Virus record (IMG/VR): IMGVR_UViG_3300042301_003793
Reading direction: 5' to 3' (one strand)
DNA: 64,000 nucleotides
Source of the DNA: a virus
Positions 1 to 8,334 of the stretch are shown here, piece by piece. The position numbers and the translations under genes were made by a program. Below the pieces are notes generated by a model. It made no database searches and was not told the DNA's origin. It worked only from the letters and a program-made list of their open reading frames with translations. Each line of letters starts with the position of its first letter. The stretch's first letter is position 1.

Positions 1-360
1 ATTTTTTTTAGAAAAGTACTGACATTTTGTATGTTCGTGACCATCTTTAGCTTTTTCAAGATTTGGTGTTAATTCTTTTTTTGATTCATAAAAAAACACA
101 TACATCATACCCTTTTTTGTAACACCATCTTTTTGATATTTGTTTATAAAACCAATCAAATCTAATTTACTTGGTAGTTTAATATTTGTTTCTTCTTTAA
201 ATTCTCTGATAGCAGCTTCCATTGGAGATTCTTTTCCTTCAATATGTCCTGAAGGTAGAGACCACTGATTAGGTAACGACTCTTCTGGTGATCTTTTACA
301 AAGTAAAACCTCATCTTTATGTTTTAAAATAACCCCGGAATATCTTTTAAATTCTTTCAT
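1..360 (-). CDS. NUDIX hydrolase (3'-truncated by window edge; not in ORF track)
   Basis: Manual translation from ATG at 360: MKEFKRYSGVILKHKDEVLLCKRS...WSLPSGHIEGKESPMEAAIREFKEETNI. Matches Nudix box GX5EX7REUXEEXGU, with N at the second G position. Frame stays open to base 1. Confidence 0.9.
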   Translation of the reverse strand, partial: MKEFKRYSGVILKHKDEVLLCKRSPEESLPNQWSLPSGHIEGKESPMEAAIREFKEETNIKLPSKLDLIGFINKYQKDGVTKKGMMYVFFYESKKELTPNLEKAKDGHEHTKCQYFSKKN

Positions 361-367
361 AATACTA

Positions 368-379
368 TATTTATAAATA
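368..379. promoter_or_regulatory. Palindromic TATTTATAAATA giving a TATTTATA motif on both strands between divergent genes
   Basis: Perfect 12-bp palindrome in the 18-bp gap between the NUDIX (-) and DUF192 (+) starts. The same motif precedes many other genes (see findings). Confidence 0.6.
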
Positions 380-729
380 TGAATGAAGTAAAAATAAATA
401 ATAACTTGTTTAATGTAATTACGGTTTTAACTGAAAAAGACATCCAAGAGGGTATGATGGGTAAAAAATTTAACGATAAGTTCAATGGAATGTTATTTGT
501 TATGGAACCAGGTCAACATTCTTTTTGGATGAAAAACTGCGAAGTGTCATTGGATATAATTTTTATTAAAGATATGAAAGTCTCTGTAATTCATAAAAAC
601 TGTCCACCTTGTAGGGATGAGAAATGTCCTAACTACCCTGGTGAAGGTGATTTAATCTTAGAAATCGCTGGTGGTGATTGTGATAAGTATGATATTAAAG
701 AAGGTGATACAGTCTATATTGAATCTTAA
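379..729 (+). CDS. DUF192 family protein
   Basis: GMMG...GMLFV...FWMKNCEVSLDIIFI...ILEIAGG pattern typical of DUF192. Confidence 0.85.
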   Translation: MNEVKINNNLFNVITVLTEKDIQEGMMGKKFNDKFNGMLFVMEPGQHSFWMKNCEVSLDIIFIKDMKVSVIHKNCPPCRDEKCPNYPGEGDLILEIAGGDCDKYDIKEGDTVYIES

Positions 730-1562
730 TTTTCTAGTTTACTGATATGGTGTTGTAAATACCACATAGCTTTTTTCAAATCTTCAAGTTCTTTACTTGG
801 GTCTTTTCTACCAGCCCTTGAAATGTATTTCACGGTGTTACCTAAAGCAAAACCTAATTGCCAAGCATCAATAACTTTAATAGCTTCATACGGGTTTTCT
901 TCACCACCATAATGTAAAGGGTGGTCAACAACTTCATATGGTCTTAAAATATCTTCCAGTGTATAAATGTTTGGTTGTTTTTTTTCTGCCCAGAACGCAC
1001 CATCAATGTAAAATGATTGAAAATTATTCCAATCTAAAGAATCAACACCATTATCAACATCTGGAATATTAACATTTGAAGATTTATAATCGTCAATGTA
1101 TACAACGCCACCTGGTTTTAATCTTGGTAATGTATTTTGTGCATCTTGTACTAAACAATCAAAAGTATGGCAACCATCTATCTCAATAAAATCAAACAAT
1201 AATTCATTTGATTGCATAAATCTAGGTACTGTTTCTAAAGAAGAACCAGGAATTAAATTAAGGTATATCTCGTGTTTTTTTGCTTCTTCTGCAAGTATCT
1301 CAAAATTAGGTACCGTGCATTCGTGTTCACACAAATCAAAAACATTAATTGTAACTGGTTCATTTGGGTATTGTCCAACATTTTTCATTGAAGCTATAGC
1401 ATCACAAATAAGTAATGCTGAATGACCCATATTAAACCCTATTTGGATTAATGACTGTGGTTTATAGTTTCCAATTAAATCCCTCAATGTTTTCTGTCTT
1501 TCTGGAAACCAACTAATGTTTCCTTCTTGACAGTCATTTCTCATTCCTTCTAATAATTCCAT
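726..1562 (-). CDS. Class I SAM methyltransferase (Methyltransf_24-like) fused to a C-terminal DUF3310 domain
   Basis: N-terminal LIQIGFNMGHSA, FDFIEIDGCHT, GGVVYIDDY. C-terminal VDHPLHYGG...FALGNTVKYISRAGRK...EDLKKAMWYL. Confidence 0.75.
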   Translation of the reverse strand: MELLEGMRNDCQEGNISWFPERQKTLRDLIGNYKPQSLIQIGFNMGHSALLICDAIASMKNVGQYPNEPVTINVFDLCEHECTVPNFEILAEEAKKHEIYLNLIPGSSLETVPRFMQSNELLFDFIEIDGCHTFDCLVQDAQNTLPRLKPGGVVYIDDYKSSNVNIPDVDNGVDSLDWNNFQSFYIDGAFWAEKKQPNIYTLEDILRPYEVVDHPLHYGGEENPYEAIKVIDAWQLGFALGNTVKYISRAGRKDPSKELEDLKKAMWYLQHHISKLEN

Positions 1563-1696
1563 TATTTTTTAACTTTTTCTTTTTTATTTTCTATTTGGAT
1601 TTTGTTTACAAAACTTCTGATTTTTCTTCCTAAGTCCATATCGTTTGGAGATTTTTTAATAAACTCCTTAATTGTTTCTACTGAAATTGTTCCCAT
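1562..1696 (-). CDS. Small hypothetical protein, 44 aa (not in ORF track)
   Basis: MGTISVETIKEFIKKSPNDMDLGRKIRSFVNKIQIENKKEKVKK*. Fills the gap exactly, and its TAA overlaps the next ATG (TAATG). Confidence 0.7.
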   Translation of the reverse strand: MGTISVETIKEFIKKSPNDMDLGRKIRSFVNKIQIENKKEKVKK

Positions 1697-1698
1697 AA

Positions 1699-2475
1699 TT
1701 AAATTTTTTGTTCTTCTTTTGATTTTTTATAATTTTCAATCATTTGTTTCTGTCCAACATAAGCAATCAACTTTCTTTTAAACATTGGTAGTAGTGTTTG
1801 GTCTATTGGAAAATCACCTCTACTTATCATTTCAATTACTGGAAGTTTCTTTTTATCTTCTGTTGTCCATTGACTAAAATTATCAATAATCTTTGGAATA
1901 GTCAAATTCTTTTTTTCTTCGGAGTAAATAAGATTTGTAACAACCTTACTTTCTGGCGAGCCTTTGGCTGCTGGTTTTTTTTCATATTCCCAAATGTTCA
2001 TTATATCACTAGTTACAAAATAAAAATATCCTTTATTTTCTAAAATATTTTTGGTGTTCTTTTTTACTTTAAGGTGGATACTATCATAAACCAGTTCCCA
2101 AACCGATTTTGCCATACCAAAGTATTCATAGATTCTTGGCGCCGAATAGGATAGAATCTTTATAAATTCTTCATATTCATCGTGGGACATTTCAGGCACA
2201 TCTTTAATTTTTAAATCCTTAACAAGTAGTTCATCATCAACAGATGTAAACTTCTTATTTGTATATAAAAGTTTCTTGTCTTTAACTAAAGTTTGGACGT
2301 TTGCTAAGTGTAATGATAATTCAATAAAACCTGGGTATAATTCCATATTATCCAGTTTTTCACCCATTTTTTGAAAGTACGATAAAAGTTTGTATTCTTT
2401 GTGTTCTCTGTCAATTGGTTTTTCAAACATCCAGTCGGTGTTCATTAAAAATTCTATTTTCTTTTTTCTTGCCAT
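1699..2475 (-). CDS. Hypothetical protein
   Basis: 258-aa ORF with genome-typical composition. Upstream TTTACA-N16-TATTAT at 2511-2484. Confidence 0.75.
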   Translation of the reverse strand: MARKKKIEFLMNTDWMFEKPIDREHKEYKLLSYFQKMGEKLDNMELYPGFIELSLHLANVQTLVKDKKLLYTNKKFTSVDDELLVKDLKIKDVPEMSHDEYEEFIKILSYSAPRIYEYFGMAKSVWELVYDSIHLKVKKNTKNILENKGYFYFVTSDIMNIWEYEKKPAAKGSPESKVVTNLIYSEEKKNLTIPKIIDNFSQWTTEDKKKLPVIEMISRGDFPIDQTLLPMFKRKLIAYVGQKQMIENYKKSKEEQKI

Positions 2476-2513
2476 TTGACATAATAATAGTCATTTAATA
2501 TTACCTGTAAATA

Positions 2514-4022
2514 TTAGTTAATCCTCATAACAATATAATCAGTACCATTTATTGTTATTTCATCGTATCCACCATCATAACCATTAAGTGTTTCACCATA
2601 GTCGGCTTGATTTATTAAATCATCTTTAATTTCATCTAAATTTAAAAAATCTGAAAAATCTTCATAACCCATGTCTTCTAAAAAACTTAATGGGTTTCTT
2701 TCTACATCTTCTAAATAATTTTCAACAGCGTCTTGAATGTCTTCATCACTTGGGTCACCATCTGGATTATCTTTTATTTCTTGAATTTCATATTCAATAT
2801 CTGATATTCTTTCATCTCTAGCTTCTTGGTGTTCATCTGTGTCTTCATCATCATATATCTGATGAGGTGAAACAACGGCACCTTCTTTATATAAAATCCA
2901 ACCACTTGCTTCTTTTTTATATTGGAATCTATTTTCTTCTGCGTCTTCAAAGTCAAAAACATTTCCTTCTTCTTTTGTTGGGTCTGAAATTGGTGCACGA
3001 ACTCCTTCATTTTCATAAACCCACTTTTCCATTTCAAGTAACCAAATTTCTTCTTCTTGGTCATCACTTAATTGGTTTTCAACACCATAAGAATCTGGAG
3101 AATCTCTAACCCAATCTTCAACAGCATCTTCAAAATAATCTTTAACTTTATCACCATCAATGTAGTCAGATAAATATTCTTTACTAAAATATTCTTTTGG
3201 TCTATCTAACATTTCTTCGTAGTAACTTTCCATTGACTCATCAGCTTCAGATATTGTCCCAACAGCATATTCATAACCTGTTGATAAAGATTCAAAAGAA
3301 GTCATATCATAATGAGTTCCATATGGGTATAAATCATAAACATCAACAGCATCTTGAGTTGCCGAATCAATTTCTTCTTCAATTTCATCTATCTGTTCTT
3401 GTAGTTCATCAAATTTTTCATCGTAGTCTTCGTCATTTGAATCCAGATTCTCTTGTTCTTCTTCTAATTGTTTTATTCGATTTTTTAATTCCTGTATTTC
3501 TTCTTTTCCTTCATCATCCAAAGTTTCTAGTTCACCCCTATCTGTTGCATATTCAAAAGCAGCATTTGCTTTTTCACCTTCTTCATCGGTATTATTTAAA
3601 TCCCAATCATTATCTTCTCTTTTACTATCTTGTACATCTCGTTTTTCTTTTTGTTTTCTTGCCTGAATAACTCTTTCATAAGGTGTTTGCCAGAATCTTT
3701 TACTTCCGGAAACTTCAACATCATCTAATGATTTAATTTTTGTATAACTAATATCAATAGATCCATTAACTTTAATATTTCCTAAATCAGTAAGGTGTAT
3801 TTCATCTTTGAAGGGTTTGAAATCTAAACTACCATCAATAACAAGTTTTTTTCCTCTAAATGGTCTTAGTTTTGGAATTGCGTGTGCTTGGTAATAAACA
3901 TTTTTTAATAGGGTAAGGTATTCTTCTGGTGAGATTACAACTTCTTCTTCACCTTGTTCTTTTATAATATTTTTAATCAACTTAATTAGATTTGATTCCG
4001 TAAGTTTTAAAACCTTTTTCAT
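2514..4022 (-). CDS. Very acidic protein with N-terminal LTES helix; putative head cargo
   Basis: Start moved to MKKVLKLTESNLIKLIKNIIKE (ATG at 4022, TATTTAT 6 nt upstream). D/E-rich throughout. C-terminus ends YGETLNGYDGGYDEITING. Confidence 0.7.
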   Translation of the reverse strand: MKKVLKLTESNLIKLIKNIIKEQGEEEVVISPEEYLTLLKNVYYQAHAIPKLRPFRGKKLVIDGSLDFKPFKDEIHLTDLGNIKVNGSIDISYTKIKSLDDVEVSGSKRFWQTPYERVIQARKQKEKRDVQDSKREDNDWDLNNTDEEGEKANAAFEYATDRGELETLDDEGKEEIQELKNRIKQLEEEQENLDSNDEDYDEKFDELQEQIDEIEEEIDSATQDAVDVYDLYPYGTHYDMTSFESLSTGYEYAVGTISEADESMESYYEEMLDRPKEYFSKEYLSDYIDGDKVKDYFEDAVEDWVRDSPDSYGVENQLSDDQEEEIWLLEMEKWVYENEGVRAPISDPTKEEGNVFDFEDAEENRFQYKKEASGWILYKEGAVVSPHQIYDDEDTDEHQEARDERISDIEYEIQEIKDNPDGDPSDEDIQDAVENYLEDVERNPLSFLEDMGYEDFSDFLNLDEIKDDLINQADYGETLNGYDGGYDEITINGTDYIVMRIN

Positions 4023-4104
4023 ACAATAATAAATACCCAAAACTTTACAAATATGAATGTTTGAAGATATTTATAATCAAATAAACCTAATAAAACCAAT
4101 TATT

Positions 4105-4254
4105 ATGGGATGTGGATGCAAAAACAAAGGAAACCAAGCGGCAGCTCCTCAACAAGCAGCAAGAACTGAAGCAGCACCAAGACCAGCTGTTCAGAACCAA
4201 ACTGTCCAAGAGTCTGTTAAAAAAGTAATCGAAAAGTATTACAATAAAAAATAA
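4105..4254 (+). CDS. Small protein with MGCGCK N-terminus, 49 aa
   Basis: MGCGCKNKGNQAAAPQQ...QESVKKVIEKYYNKK. TATTTATA at 4068-4075 upstream and a terminator downstream. Confidence 0.65.
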   Translation: MGCGCKNKGNQAAAPQQAARTEAAPRPAVQNQTVQESVKKVIEKYYNKK

Positions 4255-4280
4255 TTTCCTTTGGCCAAAGAAAAAGTAAG

Positions 4281-4307
4281 GGTGGAAGTAATTTTCCACC
4301 TTTTTTT
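4281..4307 (+). terminator. Intrinsic terminator
   Basis: GGTGGAA-gtaatt-TTCCACC followed by T7. Confidence 0.75.
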
Positions 4308-4320
4308 GTATTTATAAAAT

Positions 4321-5445
4321 ATGGGAAAGTTAGATCAATTTCTTGAATGGTTCCACGATGGTAGGGAATCCGAATATGATAAAATATTAAAAGTGTTTCA
4401 AACAACTCGTAGATTTTTACAAGCAGTAATAAAATATGGTGAAAAGGACGAAATAGATATTTCATATATTCCAGATAAAGAATGGAAAAATGATAATGAA
4501 TTATTTGATTTTATTGCCGAAAATGGTTTTTTAGAAGGTATTGGGTATGACGATTTGGAAGATACTGTAAAGAACTATTATCTTCTTTGGATGATGAATA
4601 AAGATACAAACTCAGCATTAAAATATATATGTGATGATATTTTAACAGATGTTGTAATTAGAGATGATGGTTTTTGGTTAAGATTAAGGGATAGAGAAGA
4701 GCTTGCAGATTTTTTCAGAAGTAGTAGTAGAAGAAGTGACTATGACTTACAAGATATTGCAAAACAAGTATTAGGTGACGGTGGTTTAGATTATGGTTGG
4801 TATAGTGATACAACAGATGATGTTTATAGAGATGTTATTGAAGTTTTAAATGAACAAAATCTTCATCATCTTGCAAATTACATTTTAGAAAATATTGGAA
4901 ATAGAGATTTAAGTACTAATGATTATGATTCTGATTTTTTTGAGGAACTAGCACAAGTACAGGCTCGTGATGGTGTGTTTCAAATTACTCAGGATAATGT
5001 GATGTCTTTAATAAAAGATAAAGAATCTATGGAAGAACTAATGCAAAAAGATTTATCTGATTTAGAGGGTGAATTATATTCAATACATAATCAGGCTTAT
5101 AATAGTGCCTATGAAAATACAATTTATACCCAAGTTATGGATGGTCTTGAAGAATATTTTTCATCCCCAATTGATGAAGTTGCAAAACAAGTAGGTGAAA
5201 AAACAAGATATACACCATATATTAAAATTCGTGACTTTTATTCTAATGTCTTAGCTTTTATTGAAAATAACTTGGGAATGGGGTATAGTGACAGTATTTT
5301 AGAATATTTTGGTTCCTACACTGGAATGATGGGTCAACTATTTCAAGAAGAGGTTTATGAACCAATTGATTTTAGAGTCGATGATTATCCAGATTATAGG
5401 GAAGTTGACAAAGCAATAAATGATTACTTTGGTGACTACATTTAA
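4321..5445 (+). CDS. Acidic hypothetical protein
   Basis: 374-aa D/E-rich ORF with TATTTATA at 4309-4316, 4 nt before the ATG. Confidence 0.75.
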   Translation: MGKLDQFLEWFHDGRESEYDKILKVFQTTRRFLQAVIKYGEKDEIDISYIPDKEWKNDNELFDFIAENGFLEGIGYDDLEDTVKNYYLLWMMNKDTNSALKYICDDILTDVVIRDDGFWLRLRDREELADFFRSSSRRSDYDLQDIAKQVLGDGGLDYGWYSDTTDDVYRDVIEVLNEQNLHHLANYILENIGNRDLSTNDYDSDFFEELAQVQARDGVFQITQDNVMSLIKDKESMEELMQKDLSDLEGELYSIHNQAYNSAYENTIYTQVMDGLEEYFSSPIDEVAKQVGEKTRYTPYIKIRDFYSNVLAFIENNLGMGYSDSILEYFGSYTGMMGQLFQEEVYEPIDFRVDDYPDYREVDKAINDYFGDYI

Positions 5446-5497
5446 CAACTATTTATAAATTAAATTAAAACTTGTATCCATTATAAAAAAATGGAAT

Positions 5498-6193
5498 ATG
5501 AGAAAAATTAACAAAAATTCAAAAAGAGGTATTGTAAACCTATTTGCCGATTTTATTCTTACAAGAATAGATAAAAAAGAAAACTCCATCATCCAGGTAA
5601 CAGATTGTGAATCATTTATGGTTATCCATGGACAAACAACATCAAAAGACGTATTGGACCTAGATAAAGTTAAAGCTGACTTTTTTGAGTGGTTTAAGGA
5701 TATTTTAGATGAGGTTGGAATAAAACAAATTAATACTTTAGATATTATCCGTTATGGTGAAGAAATAACTAATATTGAAAAAGGTTGGGTTAATGTAAAT
5801 AAAGAAGTGTTTATTGAAGAAGAAGAACCAGTACACCAACTTTCTATTTCAAGTGAATTTCCTTATGGTTACAGTCTTAACTGTGGTAGACTTATGACTT
5901 ACTATTCACACTATGTTTTTAATCATATGTATAGTCTTATGGGTGTTGATAGTCTAAAGTTTTACTTCACAAAAGAAGAAGACGAGAATGAAGATTTAAA
6001 AATAAGGATTGTTTCAGAATCTAGATACAATAAAGATATTGTTAAGTCTCTAGTACTTGACGTATTTTCCTTTGATTTAGAAGACTTTAGAGACTATGTT
6101 AAGGATTATGACCTTTTACAAGATATACTCTTTCCTGGTAAAGATAAACCATACACAAAACAAGACAAGTTAGAACACATAATAGTATTCTAA
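5498..6193 (+). CDS. Hypothetical protein, possibly a degenerate S-adenosylmethionine synthetase (MetK-like) fold
   Basis: IVNLFADFIL...MVIHGQTTSKDVLDLDKV and FPYGYS align by eye with MetK IADQISDAVL...VLVGGEITTSAWVDIEEI and MFGYA. The GHPDK and GAGDQG motifs are absent. Confidence 0.45.
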   Translation: MRKINKNSKRGIVNLFADFILTRIDKKENSIIQVTDCESFMVIHGQTTSKDVLDLDKVKADFFEWFKDILDEVGIKQINTLDIIRYGEEITNIEKGWVNVNKEVFIEEEEPVHQLSISSEFPYGYSLNCGRLMTYYSHYVFNHMYSLMGVDSLKFYFTKEEDENEDLKIRIVSESRYNKDIVKSLVLDVFSFDLEDFRDYVKDYDLLQDILFPGKDKPYTKQDKLEHIIVF

Positions 6194-6225
6194 AAAGAAA
6201 CCCCACCTTGAGAGTGGGGTTTTTT
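6192..6225. terminator. Bidirectional intrinsic terminator between convergent genes
   Basis: AAACCCCAC-cttgaga-GTGGGGTTT with an A-run on the left and a T-run on the right. Confidence 0.85.
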
Positions 6226-6226
6226 A

Positions 6227-6511
6227 TTATCCGTTTATAAATCCTTTTATTAATTCAAAACCTTCATTGATATCATCAAAATCTCTGTCAGGTGCAAATA
6301 GTTCTGTATTTGGGTTGTCTTCTGGAGACTCAATTAACATAAAGGCTGGTACATATTCATTTTCTGTAACTTCAACAAATAATTCATACTCTTCTTCATA
6401 TTCGTGAATGTCTCGATCAACGTATGGGATATTTTCTTTATCCAACATTTCTTTTAGTTCTACACAAAAAGGACATCCTTTCATTGTAAATAAAACAGCT
6501 AACTTATCCAT
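6227..6511 (-). CDS. Glutaredoxin-like protein
   Basis: LFTMKGCPFC active site, NIPYVDRDI, YVPAF cis-Pro loop. Confidence 0.85.
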   Translation of the reverse strand: MDKLAVLFTMKGCPFCVELKEMLDKENIPYVDRDIHEYEEEYELFVEVTENEYVPAFMLIESPEDNPNTELFAPDRDFDDINEGFELIKGFING

Positions 6512-6818
6512 TTATTAATTCAGTTACTAATCCGTTTATTTGTCCCTCACTTAACATACCAACTTTTGTTTCAATAACTTGACCTGAGTTGAATACTTTA
6601 ACGGTTGGGATGCTTCTAATTCCAAGCGCAGCACTAACTTCTCTATTTAATTCAATATTCATTGTATACATTTTAACATCCGAAGTATTTTCATTTGCGA
6701 CTTTTTCAAATGCTGGTTTCATCATTCGACAAGGACCACACCATTCAGCCCAGAACTCAACAATAATTTTTTGTCCGGCATTAATTTCATTTTGTAAATC
6801 TACACTACTAATTTCCAT
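6504..6818 (-). CDS. trxA: Thioredoxin
   Basis: VEFWAEWCGPCRMM and GIRSIPT. Confidence 0.95.
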   Translation of the reverse strand: MEISSVDLQNEINAGQKIIVEFWAEWCGPCRMMKPAFEKVANENTSDVKMYTMNIELNREVSAALGIRSIPTVKVFNSGQVIETKVGMLSEGQINGLVTELING

Positions 6819-7161
6819 CGTTTTCTTTTAATTTTAATAAGTTTTTTATGAAGAACTTTGTTTCTTCTATTTTATCTGGTTCAAAATAAACCTTAATCTG
6901 ATAGTATGTTTCCAAACTATCCTTTCTTGATAAATACACAAACATTCCAGATTTGTTTTTTAAAATTGCGTCTGTAAATACCAAACCATCTTCGTACATA
7001 TTAATATCACAATATTCTAAAGTAAATTTTTTATCCATAAGAAGTTCTGGTGATATTTTAACTCTGGCAAATATACGACTTTTTGAATATAACTTACCTT
7101 CTTTATCGTAAAGTAATTTTAAAAATTCGTCTTCCTTTTCAAAAAATTTTTTAGTTTCCAT
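6808..7161 (-). CDS. Hypothetical protein
   Basis: 117-aa ORF overlapping the trxA start by 11 nt. Confidence 0.7.
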   Translation of the reverse strand: METKKFFEKEDEFLKLLYDKEGKLYSKSRIFARVKISPELLMDKKFTLEYCDINMYEDGLVFTDAILKNKSGMFVYLSRKDSLETYYQIKVYFEPDKIEETKFFIKNLLKLKENDGN

Positions 7162-7170
7162 ATTTCAATA

Positions 7171-7201
7171 TTAAAATAAAGTGGTGAAAAGTCACCACTT
7201 T
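7171..7201 (-). terminator. Intrinsic terminator after the DUF932 gene
   Basis: 10-bp stem AAAGTGGTGA/TCACCACTTT with a 4-nt loop and a U-rich tail on the minus strand. Confidence 0.7.
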
Positions 7202-7205
7202 AATA

Positions 7206-7961
7206 TCAAATCATTGTTTCTGCCAATTCCCAAAGTTTTGTATTGATATTGTTTTGGGATATAATACTATCTATACTTTTCATTTTTGAAACCTTACCAC
7301 GATTGTTTATGACTTTTACACCACCTCGGATAAACTTTTCTTGAATGACATTAAAAACTTTCCACATATCATCGCCTTCATCTTCTTTACGGTTTGGCGT
7401 AAGTAATCCAAGTATTTCTAAATCGTGTAATGTTTTTTCTGAATTGAATCTGATTTTAGCTGACTCCCGAACAAAATCAATTTTTTCATCAGTTGTTAAT
7501 TCACGACCCATCATACGACCAACTGATTGTTCAATCATAGGTAATTTTTTGGAAAATGAATCTGCTAATTGTTTTACATCGTCTAATTGAAATTGGTTAT
7601 GTCTCATTGAGAATTTCTCAGCTACAGCTGTAGGTACTGTTAGACCATTGGAACATACCAATCTGAAAAGGCCAGCGCCCATAGAAAAGGAAGCAGTGCC
7701 ATTGTGTGAATTTCTAACAACGGCCTCAACCAAAGTATCACCAACATTTGGTAATTCACCATTACGGAATTTAATTTCGTGAAGACTGTGAATACCTTTA
7801 CCTGTTTGTTTTACTGATGATACCTGCCAACCTTCACGGTCGAAAAATTCGATTACTTGTTCTGTTGGTACAAATGTGTATTTGCCAGTCATTTTTGGTG
7901 ACGGTGAAGTTGCAAATACTGATGGAGCTGCTGATTTGATTAATTCTGGTGTGTATATCAT
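7206..7961 (-). CDS. DUF932 (DUF945-like) family protein
   Basis: APSVFATSPS...YTFVPTEQVI...NSHNGTASF..GAGLFRLVCSNGL...DDMWKVFNVIQEKFIRGG. Confidence 0.85.
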   Translation of the reverse strand: MIYTPELIKSAAPSVFATSPSPKMTGKYTFVPTEQVIEFFDREGWQVSSVKQTGKGIHSLHEIKFRNGELPNVGDTLVEAVVRNSHNGTASFSMGAGLFRLVCSNGLTVPTAVAEKFSMRHNQFQLDDVKQLADSFSKKLPMIEQSVGRMMGRELTTDEKIDFVRESAKIRFNSEKTLHDLEILGLLTPNRKEDEGDDMWKVFNVIQEKFIRGGVKVINNRGKVSKMKSIDSIISQNNINTKLWELAETMI

Positions 7962-7984
7962 ATTTTAGAGTTTTAATTACAGAA

Positions 7985-8015
7985 CAAAATTAGTAATTTT
8001 TTTTTAATTACCAAA
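7985..8015 (-). promoter_or_regulatory. Bacteroidota primary-sigma-type promoter (early)
   Basis: Minus strand reads TTTG(GTA)-19 nt-TAATTTTG upstream of the DUF932 gene, matching -33 TTTG / -7 TAnnTTTG. Confidence 0.75.
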
Positions 8016-8027
8016 CTTTATCTGAAA

Positions 8028-8318
8028 TTAATTTAAAATAATATCACCAAAACTTGTTTTTTGAATTACCTTGTCTAGATATTTTTGTTTTTGTTTTGTA
8101 ATCTCAGGAATTTTTAACTCAACAACAACACTTACAATTTGATCCTTTGATAAAACAATATCTTTTCCTTCTTCAAGGTTTTTTTCACACCGTTCTCTTA
8201 ACTTTTTGTAGAAGTCGTCTTTTTGTAAATCACCAATCAAAATCATCAAATCATTTGGGTTATTCTCAAAGAAATTTATCAGTTGGGTTAGATAAATCTC
8301 AACATCTACATTTTTCAT
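8028..8318 (-). CDS. Hypothetical protein
   Basis: Start moved to MKNVDVEIYL (ATG at 8318). The longer upstream frame overlaps the LRR gene. Confidence 0.7.
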   Translation of the reverse strand: MKNVDVEIYLTQLINFFENNPNDLMILIGDLQKDDFYKKLRERCEKNLEEGKDIVLSKDQIVSVVVELKIPEITKQKQKYLDKVIQKTSFGDIILN

Positions 8319-8334
8319 ATCTTTTGAATTAATT

